The notes beneath the pieces were generated by a model that did not search any database, was not told where the DNA came from, and saw only the letters and a program-made list of their open reading frames with translations. From assembly GCA_022705345.1 (NCBI GenBank), contig JAKJEQ010000001.1, positions 319 through 49,709 of the forward strand: a DNA stretch of 49,391 bases, given 5' to 3'. Origin of the DNA: Planctomycetota bacterium. GTDB taxonomy: Bacteria > Planctomycetota > Phycisphaerae > Sedimentisphaerales > UBA12454. Every line of letters begins with the position of its first letter. Within the stretch, counting starts at the first letter, position 1. Position numbers and translations under genes: made by a program. Below, in pieces: positions 27,664-36,334 of this stretch.

Positions 27664-28704
27664 ATGAAAAAACAAATTATAACCATAGGTCTCACTCCTG
27701 CCTGGGACAGGACAATCGAAATTGACGGCATCGACTGGAACGAGCACAAGATAATTTCATCGCAAAGAATTGTCCCCGCCGGCAAAGCATTGAATATCAA
27801 TAAATCCCTTGCGTGGATGGGTGTAAAAAGTACCGCCGCGGGTCTCTGGGGCAGCCATGATTTTGAGCAAATGAAAAAAACAATTGCGGGGGCAGACCTA
27901 TGTGTCTGCCCAAAAAGGGCGAACACGCAGGTTCGCCCCTACATTAATATTCAAATGACAAAAGCTGTCGGCCGAACCCGTGAAAATATTACAGTCGTTG
28001 ACACAAAAAATAAACGCCAGATTCATCTGCGCGACAAGAGCACACTTGCAAACCAGAAATCGCTGAAACTTTTGAAACAGGATTTGGGGAAAATTATCAG
28101 CAAAGACAGTCTGTGCGTTTTCGCAGGCGCTGCGCCGATTGAAACTGTAGAGCTGCTCGAATTGGCTAAGAAAAAAGGTTCGCTCGTTATCGTTGACACT
28201 TCAGGCCCTGCTTTGAAGAAGATAGTTTCTAAAGGCGGACTGTTTTTGATTAAGCCTAACGTTGAAGAACTCGGCGAACTAGTTGGAAAAAAAATAAGGA
28301 ATGAAGAAAAAGAAATAATTTTTGCATCCAAAAAATTATTGACTAAAAGCAAATTGATCTTAGTATCGCGCGGAGAAAAAGGAGCAATGTTATTGTTCAG
28401 GTCAGAGCCGCGAGCGTCAGCGACCGGTACGGTCGTGGCAATTTCCGCAAAATACACCGGCAAAAAATATCCCGTCTGCAACACCGTCGCCTGCGGCGAT
28501 TATCTGTTGGCAGGTTTTTTATCTGTCATTGCGAGGAGCAAAGCGACGCGGCAATCTCAACCCGCCGAACTGCTCTGTGCTGACGCTCTGGAAACAGCCA
28601 TTAAATCCGCCACCGCAAAAGCTTTCGGAATAAATGAAGACTTTTCCTGGCTCAAAGTAAAAAATATAATGAAGATTAGATTATCCAGCGCATATGAAAT
28701 CTGA
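27664..28704 (+). CDS. PfkB-family carbohydrate kinase (1-phosphofructokinase/tagatose-6-P kinase-like) carrying three REP-derived in-frame inserts
   Basis: 346 aa. N-terminal ITIGLTPAWDRTIEI, AGKALNINKSL, GRTRENI, IKPNVEEL and C-terminal VACGDYLLAGFL (the GAGD anion-hole equivalent). Confidence 0.8.
   Translation: MKKQIITIGLTPAWDRTIEIDGIDWNEHKIISSQRIVPAGKALNINKSLAWMGVKSTAAGLWGSHDFEQMKKTIAGADLCVCPKRANTQVRPYINIQMTKAVGRTRENITVVDTKNKRQIHLRDKSTLANQKSLKLLKQDLGKIISKDSLCVFAGAAPIETVELLELAKKKGSLVIVDTSGPALKKIVSKGGLFLIKPNVEELGELVGKKIRNEEKEIIFASKKLLTKSKLILVSRGEKGAMLLFRSEPRASATGTVVAISAKYTGKKYPVCNTVACGDYLLAGFLSVIARSKATRQSQPAELLCADALETAIKSATAKAFGINEDFSWLKVKNIMKIRLSSAYEI
27889..27942. repeat. family B REP double hairpin inside the kinase CDS (54 bp, in frame)
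   Basis: GGGGCAGACCTATGTGTCTGCCCAAAAAGGGCGAACACGCAGGTTCGCCCCTAC, translated GADLCVCPKRANTQVRPY. Confidence 0.85.
28402..28428. repeat. family H repeat inside the kinase CDS (27 bp, in frame)
   Basis: TCAGAGCCGCGAGCGTCAGCGACCGGT matches the reverse complement of 33379..33405 at 26 of 27 positions. Translated SEPRASATG. Confidence 0.8.
28525..28560. repeat. family C repeat inside the kinase CDS (36 bp, in frame)
   Basis: GTCATTGCGAGGAGCAAAGCGACGCGGCAATCTCAA, the same family as 43591..43631 and the MITE cores. Translated VIARSKATRQSQ. Confidence 0.8.
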
Positions 28705-29704
28705 AAAAAATTTTTCTTATAAACAGCATTTGAAATTCATATTTGTTTTTCTCTCGAGCTTTCTGTTCTTCTTGTTTTTCCTGTTGTCTATTAATATATA
28801 CATCGATCCTCGCGGAATTTTCGGAACTGGAAAATATCCTATTCTCGTAGCTACTGCACGAACAGAAAAAATACTTCTTTTAAAATCTGTGGAGCAAAAA
28901 CCTCAAGCCCTGATTTTCGGAAGTTCTCATTGTATGCGTTATTCTCCCAAATACGTAGAAAATGTTACAGGTTTAAAGACTTTTAATTGTTCGGTAAATT
29001 CCGGCAAAATTGAAGATTTTCTCGCATTACTAAATTTCGCTTTGTCTGAGTGCAATATTCACCCAAAGCTTATTATACTTGGAGTTTGTCCAAGGACTTT
29101 TTGCGAAATACAGGACGAGGATTTTGACGAACGCTTACTGTCAAACGCAACCCTAATAAATTATATTCCTTTAAATTCAATACCAAGAATTCAAAAAAAA
29201 GCCGGTTTGTTTCTGAATACCCTTAATTTCGGCTATCTGAAAGATGTTAGGAGAAGTTTCGTATTATCCCAAAAACAAAACCTGCCTCTAAAGTTTTACA
29301 CCTTCGAGTCTGACGGCTTTTTAAGATTCGAGGAAAAGTTCAATGAAAAAGGAGCTTTTATCGCGAAAGATTTAGAGGTAACAGGATTTTCAAAGAACCG
29401 CATCGAATTTTTTGAGACTTTTTTAAAACTTTGCAGGCAAAACAACATCAAGCTCAAAATTATTATTACGCCATACGCACCGGATTATATCAAACAGCAA
29501 GCCGGCGGAAATCACGACCGGCTTAATCAACTGCTTGCGGAAATGCTGAAAAATTACAATAAGGAACATTCTTTTGAATTCTACAACTTCCCGCATATTG
29601 AAGATTATGGCGGTGTTGATGAATTTATGGGCTCCGCCCACCCGAGTATTTATAATTCAACTTTAATTCTGAAAAAATGTTTGACAGGCTTCAAAGAGAG
29701 CTAA
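28694..29704 (+). CDS. membrane-anchored DltD/AlgJ-like accessory protein of an MBOAT O-acyltransferase
   Basis: 336 aa with an N-terminal TM segment and FGSSHCMRY (Ser-His block, as in DltD-type SGNH-like proteins). It is 1 nt from the MBOAT gene. Assignment rests partly on context. Confidence 0.45.
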   Translation: MKSEKNFSYKQHLKFIFVFLSSFLFFLFFLLSINIYIDPRGIFGTGKYPILVATARTEKILLLKSVEQKPQALIFGSSHCMRYSPKYVENVTGLKTFNCSVNSGKIEDFLALLNFALSECNIHPKLIILGVCPRTFCEIQDEDFDERLLSNATLINYIPLNSIPRIQKKAGLFLNTLNFGYLKDVRRSFVLSQKQNLPLKFYTFESDGFLRFEEKFNEKGAFIAKDLEVTGFSKNRIEFFETFLKLCRQNNIKLKIIITPYAPDYIKQQAGGNHDRLNQLLAEMLKNYNKEHSFEFYNFPHIEDYGGVDEFMGSAHPSIYNSTLILKKCLTGFKES

Positions 29705-29705
29705 C

Positions 29706-31100
29706 ATGCTGTTTACAGATTTGAGATTTATTTTTATATTCTTACCTTTCGTGCTTTCCCTTTTTTATTTTACAAAATCGAAAAATTTTCGTCTGCTCGT
29801 CATTCTGATATCAAGTTATATTTTTTACGGTTCCTGGAATTACAAATTCTTAAGTCTGCTTTTTACATCGACTGTTCTCGATTTCTTTTCGGGATTGGCG
29901 ATTTATCGCTTCGCCGATAAAAAAATTTTACGTAAATCTATTTTGATATTTTCAATGTTATGCAACCTCGCCATTCTCGGTATTTTTAAATATTACGATT
30001 TTTTTATTACTCAGGTTCAGACTTTGCTTGTGAATTTCGGATTCCAGCCTGATCTGCCGCTGCTGCATGTGATTCTTCCGGTAGGTATTTCGTTTTATAC
30101 TTTTCAAAGTATGAGTTATACCATCGATATTTATTTTGGAAGCGTGACCCCTACTCGCAACTTTTTCAAATTTTCAGCTTTTATCGCATTGTATCCCCAG
30201 CTTGTGGCCGGACCTATTGTCAGATACAAGCAAATAAATCGGCAGCTTGAACATATCAATAGACCTTTTTCGTTGAAGAATTTTTGTTGTGGAATTCAAT
30301 TGTTCGTTCTAGGGCTTGCAAAAAAAACGATTATCGCCGATTATATCGCAGGAATCATCAATCCGATGTTCGAACGGTATTTGCAGATCGGAATGATTGA
30401 AACTTGGCTTATAATTCTGGGATACGCGTTTCAGATTTATTTTGATTTTTCAGGTTACAGCGATATGGCTATCGGCCTTGGCAAAATGCTTGGTTTCAAA
30501 TTTCCATATAATTTCAATTCACCTTATAAGGCTCGTTCTGTTTCGGATTTTTGGAGACGATGGCATATGACCCTGTCCTCTTTTCTTAAGGATTATTTGT
30601 ATATTCCTCTTGGTGGTAATCGGACCGGTTTGAAAAAAACTATATTTAACGTTATGGTTGTATTTCTGCTTTGTGGTATATGGCATGGGGCAGCATGGAC
30701 TTTTATCATTTGGGGCTGCTATTATGGAATCCTGGCTGCAGGATATAATTTCTGGAAAAATCGATGGGACGGTATGCCGATCTTGGCTCAGAGGTCCTTT
30801 ACTTTTGTACTGGTTCTGATTGGATGGGTTTTATTCAGAAGCAATAATATCCCTATGGCGGGGACTTTGCTGAGCAAAATGTTTGATTTTTCTTCGCTTG
30901 CGAGCGCTCTGCCGGACGATATTGTGCGTTTATTGATTTTGAATATTGTTTTGTTGGTCGCGGTTAACAGTCTGCCAAACTCTAATTCTTTTAAAATTAG
31001 TCAAAATCCGATTGCGGCAATCTCCTTAGCTTTACTGTTCCTTTTATCGTTGATAGCTGTCAATTCCTTAAGTATACAATTTTTGTATTATCAATTCTGA
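29706..31100 (+). CDS. MBOAT family O-acyltransferase (AlgI/DltB-like)
   Basis: 464 aa, polytopic. ISFYTFQSMSYTIDIY, FWRRWHMTLSSFLKDYLYIPLGGNR with the conserved His, and WHGAAW. Confidence 0.9.
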   Translation: MLFTDLRFIFIFLPFVLSLFYFTKSKNFRLLVILISSYIFYGSWNYKFLSLLFTSTVLDFFSGLAIYRFADKKILRKSILIFSMLCNLAILGIFKYYDFFITQVQTLLVNFGFQPDLPLLHVILPVGISFYTFQSMSYTIDIYFGSVTPTRNFFKFSAFIALYPQLVAGPIVRYKQINRQLEHINRPFSLKNFCCGIQLFVLGLAKKTIIADYIAGIINPMFERYLQIGMIETWLIILGYAFQIYFDFSGYSDMAIGLGKMLGFKFPYNFNSPYKARSVSDFWRRWHMTLSSFLKDYLYIPLGGNRTGLKKTIFNVMVVFLLCGIWHGAAWTFIIWGCYYGILAAGYNFWKNRWDGMPILAQRSFTFVLVLIGWVLFRSNNIPMAGTLLSKMFDFSSLASALPDDIVRLLILNIVLLVAVNSLPNSNSFKISQNPIAAISLALLFLLSLIAVNSLSIQFLYYQF

Positions 31101-31189
31101 AAAGGCGAATAATGAATATTATCGCAGAATCGTGATGCCAAAACAGCTTCAAAATTAAACGTAACAATTCCTCCGGTATTCATTTTAAG

Positions 31190-31218
31190 ATTGATTTTTT
31201 GATTAAGATATGGTATAA
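31190..31218 (+). promoter_or_regulatory. strong sigma-70-like promoter with an extended -10, upstream of the HNH-AP2 gene
   Basis: TTGATT (31190..31195), 17 nt, TGgTATAAT (31210..31218). AGGAG RBS before the ATG at 31302. Confidence 0.5.
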
Positions 31219-31301
31219 TACCTTCTGAAATTCAGGACATAGATAAATCTCCGCAAGTTTTCAATTCTTTAATCTTCATTTTTTTTCACAGGAGTCATTT
31301 T

Positions 31302-31970
31302 ATGCCGTTGCAAAAGAGGAAAATCGATTATTTAATGTTCAAAATTCGGGGCAATATCGTCAAAGTTGATCCCGACATATATTGTAAAATCTTCAATATT
31401 CATCGCGAGCCGCCGAACAGAAAATATAGAGGTCCTATTAAACACCTGGCTATTTCTCCGAATGGCAATCCACTAATTGTTATTGGTGAAAAAGTTCGGC
31501 ACTATATTCCTATTTCTCGTTTTATAATGAACGCGCAAAAAGGCCAAATTGTAGACCATATAAACAGAGATCCATTTGACAATCGAAGATGTAATCTGCG
31601 TTTCGTTACAAAAAGGCAAAATACGTTGAACAAAACGTGCTATAATGAAACGGGTTTTTTTGGCGTAAACATCATTCGTTCGAAGAATAGAAGTTATTGT
31701 TTTGGCAAGTTTTTATGGACGCGCGGAAAGGACTTTCGAATTCAACTGCCTGATAATCCAGCAAACAGGGTCGTATGCGCATTTGCGAGAGACAAATTTG
31801 TTTTACAGGCCGGCGACGAGGAATACGCGCCTCTTAATTTCCCCTGCTTTAAATATGAACCGTTCAGGAGCATTTTACTGAATGAAGATTTGAAAAAATA
31901 TAAAACTAAACGTTATGCAAATTGCCAGCTCGAATTTCCGTTTATGAAATTTTACAAAAAATATATTTAG
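31302..31970 (+). CDS. HNH endonuclease fused to an AP2 DNA-binding domain (homing-endonuclease-like)
   Basis: 222 aa. HNH_3-type VDHINRDPFDNRRCNLRFVTKRQNTLN, followed by an AP2-like FFGVNIIRSKNRSYCFGKFLW...VCAFARDKFVLQAGDEEYAPLNFP. Confidence 0.75.
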   Translation: MPLQKRKIDYLMFKIRGNIVKVDPDIYCKIFNIHREPPNRKYRGPIKHLAISPNGNPLIVIGEKVRHYIPISRFIMNAQKGQIVDHINRDPFDNRRCNLRFVTKRQNTLNKTCYNETGFFGVNIIRSKNRSYCFGKFLWTRGKDFRIQLPDNPANRVVCAFARDKFVLQAGDEEYAPLNFPCFKYEPFRSILLNEDLKKYKTKRYANCQLEFPFMKFYKKYI

Positions 31971-32008
31971 CGTTTGTCATCATTGTACGATAGCGAAATG
32001 CCTGATAG

Positions 32009-32152
32009 ATTGTTATCCCATCGGGATCTCAATCCATTGAAAAACCCTGTGCATCCGCTCTGGAAAATGCCATTAAATCCGCCACAGCAAAAGCCTTTGG
32101 TCTAAATGAAAAACTCAATTGGCCAAAAGCGAATTTAAGTTGGACGTTATAA
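32009..32152 (+). pseudogene. orphan duplicate of the 3' end of the PfkB-family kinase gene
   Basis: Translates ...CASALENAIKSATAKAFGLNEKLNW...*, versus the kinase C-terminus LCADALETAIKSATAKAFGINEDFSW. 32047..32129 aligns with 28575..28657 at roughly 80% identity by eye. No start codon; it is preceded by an in-frame TAG. Confidence 0.7.
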
Positions 32153-32163
32153 TCGTATCTGGC

Positions 32164-33246
32164 TCATTTACTTCCTTTTTCCTGCAATCTCCAATCATCC
32201 GAAGGATTGGTATATTTTATATCTGCGTTTTTCATAAGTCTTTGTACATATTCATAATAAGCTTTTTCCTGCAATTCATTTGAAACGCGTTTTTGTAGTT
32301 CTTCCTTCACTTCTTCAAAACTATCAGTTGTGGCTTTACCTTCCGAGATTCGCTCAATGTATTTTACAATACAGAAGCAACTATCACCTTTTATTATGCC
32401 GCTCATTTGTCCAGGCTTAAGACTTAAAACAACATTCTCAAATTCAGGTGTGAATGGATACCGCTTTAATTCGTTTCTTGTTAAAAAAATATCATTAACC
32501 TTGTCATCAATTTCAGATTGTTCAATTCCAAGCTTTTTCAGGACACGCTGCACGTGTGCCTTTTCCTCGGCACTATCTAATACATCAAAATCTTTTCCAT
32601 TTTGGATCTTTTGCAAAACTTTTTGCGCATCTGCTTTGGCTGAAGCCTCAGTTTGATATGGATTGTTTGTATCCTCATCAAACCAAAACTGTATAATTTT
32701 TAAACGATATTTCTCTGGTTCCTGATGGCAATATTCATTAATATGCTGATTATAATATGTCTTCATTTGTTCTTCTGTCGGCTCGAGTTTGCCTGAGTAT
32801 TCTTTTAATAACAACTTCGGGTAAATGAACGCAGACGCTTTTATTCCTCTTTCATATTCATAAAAATCACCTTTAAATCCTTCATTCTTTTTAAGTTCAT
32901 CATATGGAGCACCTTCCCATCTACTGATTAAATCCTGCACCTCTTTGTCAGCAACCCAAACTAATTTTTTTCTTCCTTCCTGAATAATAACTTCTGTTAA
33001 AACCATTTCTCCTATAACAACATTTCTTGCCTGAGTTAATTCAAAATCGGGATTGCTTTGTGCTGTTTCTTCTGCTCTGTGCTTCGCGATTCTTAACAAT
33101 GTATCCTCGTATATTTTCGCACCGTTCACGGTTACTGCAACTGCACGAGAATCTTTTGTATTTTTTTCTTCGCCAAATAAAAACGCAAATGTTCTACTAT
33201 TAATTATAAGAATTGATAAGAGAATTAAAATTATAAATCTTTTCAT
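32164..33246 (-). CDS. secreted SurA/PrsA-like peptidyl-prolyl isomerase (parvulin-type)
   Basis: 360 aa with a signal peptide and a SurA-N-like region. C-terminal parvulin-like FENVVLSLKPGQMSGIIKGDSCFCIVKYIERI. Confidence 0.65.
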   Translation of the reverse strand: MKRFIILILLSILIINSRTFAFLFGEEKNTKDSRAVAVTVNGAKIYEDTLLRIAKHRAEETAQSNPDFELTQARNVVIGEMVLTEVIIQEGRKKLVWVADKEVQDLISRWEGAPYDELKKNEGFKGDFYEYERGIKASAFIYPKLLLKEYSGKLEPTEEQMKTYYNQHINEYCHQEPEKYRLKIIQFWFDEDTNNPYQTEASAKADAQKVLQKIQNGKDFDVLDSAEEKAHVQRVLKKLGIEQSEIDDKVNDIFLTRNELKRYPFTPEFENVVLSLKPGQMSGIIKGDSCFCIVKYIERISEGKATTDSFEEVKEELQKRVSNELQEKAYYEYVQRLMKNADIKYTNPSDDWRLQEKGSK

Positions 33247-33308
33247 TGCCTATTCTCCTAAAAAAAATAGTTATAAAATATTTATTCGTGGTTAATTTTT
33301 TTAAAAAT

Positions 33309-33329
33309 AAATCTCTGTGATCTCTGTCG
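33309..33329. repeat. REP-like repeat family D (CTCTGTGATCTCTGT type)
   Basis: AATCTCTGTGATCTCTGTCG. Related to 36369..36390 and 46596..46616 (reverse complement CAGAGGACAC(C/A)GAGAT). Confidence 0.5.
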
Positions 33330-33378
33330 TATAAATCAAAATTTCCTAACATTTTAGCAAACACAAAGAATTTTAATT

Positions 33379-33405
33379 ACCGGTCGCTTACGCTCGCGGC
33401 TCTGA
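33379..33405. repeat. family H repeat, intergenic copy
   Basis: ACCGGTCGCTTACGCTCGCGGCTCTGA, immediately downstream of the dprA stop. Confidence 0.75.
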
Positions 33406-33406
33406 T

Positions 33407-34465
33407 TTATCTTTTTGTGAAATAATTTCCCGGCAATTGTTTTACGATTCCTTTTAATCGCATAGAAACCAATGTCGCGTTAACTTTGCCGGCGGAGAGT
33501 TCAGTCTCGCTTATTATTTCTTCGATATGGACCGGTTCGCTATCAAGGCAATCCAGGATTTTTCTTTCAGTTTCCGTCAGATTTAATTTAGACGTATCGA
33601 ACAATTCCTTCTGTTTTTCGATTTCCTTATCCGCTGTCTGCCTGACGTGCTGAGCGAAATCGATATTCAAAAATTCCAAAGCTTCGAGGACGTCTTCGAC
33701 CGACTCGACCAATTTTGCGCCCTGCTTAATCAGTTTGTGCGGGCCCTTCGATAAAGGCGAATCGATCTTGCCGGGGATAGCCATTACTTCACGATTGCTT
33801 TCAAGCGCGGTTTGCGCGGTGATAAGCGCGCCCGATTTTGGCATTGCCTCGACGACGATTGTCGCGATAGACAGGCCTGCGATGATCCTGTTTCGAGGCG
33901 GGAAGTTTTCGGCCAATGGTTCGTACTCCATCGGAAGTTCGCTGACACATGCGCCGTTCTGACAGATTTTCTCGAAGAGCGCTTTATTTTCGGGCGGGAA
34001 AATATTAGACAGGCCGCAGCCCTGGACTGCGATTGTTCTGCCTTTTGCGCTAAGTGCGCCGTTGTGCGCTGCGGAATCTATGCCTCTTGCCATTCCGGAA
34101 ACGATTGTGAAACCTGCGGCGGCAAGGAGATGCGCGAATCTCGACGCCTGTTCGGTTCCGTAATTGCTGCAATGGCGAGAGCCGACAATGGCTATTGAAA
34201 GACTATCGCAGGGCTGGAAATCCCCTTTTATATAAAGCACCGGCGGCGGATCGTAAATTTTCTTCAGGGCGGGCGGGTATCTGTCGTCTGTTATATCGAT
34301 GACGCATACGCCGAATTTGTCGGCGATTGCCAGTTCCTTTTCGACATCGAAGCTTGTTTTGGATTTGAAAATCTTTTCGGCGGTTTTTTCGCCAATTCCC
34401 TCGACTTTTGCCAGCGAGCTGACCGAAGAACCGAGAACAGCTTCTACAGACCCGAAAAATGCCAA
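33407..34465 (-). CDS. dprA: DNA processing protein DprA (true start probably further upstream, up to about 34549..34564)
   Basis: Rossmann-like DprA core IAIVGSRHCSNYG, GMARGIDSAAH, and a C-terminal winged-helix region. DprA-like sequence LRLVRSEGVGPVNFSRLL continues in frame upstream of the first canonical start (TTG at 34465). Confidence 0.88.
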   Translation of the reverse strand: MAFFGSVEAVLGSSVSSLAKVEGIGEKTAEKIFKSKTSFDVEKELAIADKFGVCVIDITDDRYPPALKKIYDPPPVLYIKGDFQPCDSLSIAIVGSRHCSNYGTEQASRFAHLLAAAGFTIVSGMARGIDSAAHNGALSAKGRTIAVQGCGLSNIFPPENKALFEKICQNGACVSELPMEYEPLAENFPPRNRIIAGLSIATIVVEAMPKSGALITAQTALESNREVMAIPGKIDSPLSKGPHKLIKQGAKLVESVEDVLEALEFLNIDFAQHVRQTADKEIEKQKELFDTSKLNLTETERKILDCLDSEPVHIEEIISETELSAGKVNATLVSMRLKGIVKQLPGNYFTKR

Positions 34466-34846
34466 TAATCTGCTAAAATTTACCGGCCCTACTCCTTCTG
34501 AACGAACAAGCCTCAGGCTCTCTCGTATATGTCTAGAATGATGTTCCAGCTTCTTTTCTCCAATATAAATAAGACTCTGGAATACCTTTTTATTTGATTT
34601 TCACGCCGAAAGCAACTATGTTTTGGCCGATTTTCATTTAAATCATTAACAGACAAAGAGTAAAATGGATTTATCGAGTCTTAAAAAGAATCGTAATTTA
34701 TTTTTAATTTTTATTTAGTAACGACATTATAAATATTTGTTATATAAGGACTTAACCAAGAGATATTTTAAGAGTCACATTTGCTTGTATTATATAAATA
34801 GCTTATAAATTGACTTTGATTGATTTTCTTGGTAATGTGATGGGCT

Positions 34847-36253
34847 ATGGTTTCGCAAATTAGTACAATTAAGAAGGCAGAGAAGGCGGGCAAAGTTTCC
34901 GCGATTAAATCTTCGAAGCAGTTTCGCAACATTAAGCAGGCGCTTGAGTATCTGTTCACGCGGACGGACTACGAAAAGCAGAGTCGCATGCGCTATAACG
35001 TAACTACTTTCAGTCTTGAAAGAATGGAAAAGCTCCTTGCAAGTCTTTCCAATCCGCATAAAAAACTCGCAACGGCACATATTTGCGGCACAAAGGGGAA
35101 GGGGTCTACGGCGACGATGCTGGCGCGGATGCTGCAGGCAAATGGATATTCAATCGGGCTTTATACTTCGCCACATGTGGTGAATCTGCATGAACGAATC
35201 GAAATAAACGGTAAAAGAATAACAGATTCCGAGCTAACATCTCTGGTTAATCGAGTTTATGGGCCGGTGGAAAAAATGGCAAAAACCGATGCGCCGACTT
35301 TCTTTGAGATTTTTACGGCGATGGCTTTTATTTATTTTGTCGATAAAAAAGTCGATATCGCGATAATCGAGACCGGTCTTGGCGGCAGACTCGACAGCAC
35401 AAACGTAATCGAACCTTCGGTGGTCGGAATAACAAATATCAGTATCGATCACCAAAATCTGCTTGGCAAAACTCTTGACTGTATCGCCAAAGAAAAAGCA
35501 GGCGTCATCAAGAAAGGCATCCCAGTCATAACCGTACCGCAAGAACCGCTTGCGATGAAGGAAATAAAAAAACAGGCTAATAGCGTAAAAGCGCCTCTTC
35601 TTGTAACAGGCAAAGATATAGATTTTTCTTATCGGTTCGAATCGTCCCGCGAACATGGGCCTCATACGCGAATTTGCCTTACAACGCCGACAAGCAGATT
35701 CGAACATTTGCGAGTCCCGCTGCCGGGCGAACACCAGGCAATGAATTGCGGATTGGCGATCGCGATGCTGGACGCACTTAAAGCGGGCGGATATAAAATT
35801 GACGATGCTAAAGCTATCGAAGGATTAAAAGAAATAAACATGCCGGGTCGAATGGAAATCGTTCATCAGGATCCGAGAATTCTGATTGACGGCGCTCATA
35901 ACGCGGCGAGTATTCGCGCTCTTGTGCAGGCGATCGGTCAGCATGTTCCTTATGATTCGATGGTAGTGATTTTCGGGTGCGGAGCAGATAAGGATGTGCG
36001 AGGAATGCTTGAACAACTTCAGTTCGGTGCGGATAAAGTGATTTTCACCCGCAGCAATTCGCCAAAGGCCGTGTTCCCACAGGAACTTGCGGATATGTAT
36101 ACCGAAATTTGCGGCAAGATGTGCCAGACGGCATTCAGTTTGAAAGAAGCGCTGCGAATCGCGTCAAGCGCAATCGGCAAAGAAGATTTGATCTGCATTA
36201 CAGGCAGCTTCTATCTTGTCGGACAGGCAAGGACGATGTTTTTGCCTGAATAA
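34847..36253 (+). CDS. folC: bifunctional folylpolyglutamate synthase / dihydrofolate synthase
   Basis: 468 aa. Mur-ligase P-loop HICGTKGKGST, IIETGLGGRLDSTN and DGAHN. Confidence 0.92.
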   Translation: MVSQISTIKKAEKAGKVSAIKSSKQFRNIKQALEYLFTRTDYEKQSRMRYNVTTFSLERMEKLLASLSNPHKKLATAHICGTKGKGSTATMLARMLQANGYSIGLYTSPHVVNLHERIEINGKRITDSELTSLVNRVYGPVEKMAKTDAPTFFEIFTAMAFIYFVDKKVDIAIIETGLGGRLDSTNVIEPSVVGITNISIDHQNLLGKTLDCIAKEKAGVIKKGIPVITVPQEPLAMKEIKKQANSVKAPLLVTGKDIDFSYRFESSREHGPHTRICLTTPTSRFEHLRVPLPGEHQAMNCGLAIAMLDALKAGGYKIDDAKAIEGLKEINMPGRMEIVHQDPRILIDGAHNAASIRALVQAIGQHVPYDSMVVIFGCGADKDVRGMLEQLQFGADKVIFTRSNSPKAVFPQELADMYTEICGKMCQTAFSLKEALRIASSAIGKEDLICITGSFYLVGQARTMFLPE

Positions 36254-36291
36254 TAAAACGGCCGCGCATAAGGCATAAAAAATGGAAGTAC

Positions 36292-36326
36292 AAAAGGCTG
36301 GTAAAATTTATCAGCCTTTTTTTTGT
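36292..36326 (+). terminator. rho-independent terminator after folC
   Basis: AAAAGGCTG-GTAAAATTTAT-CAGCCTTTT followed by a T run. Confidence 0.7.
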
Positions 36327-36334
36327 TTATTAAG

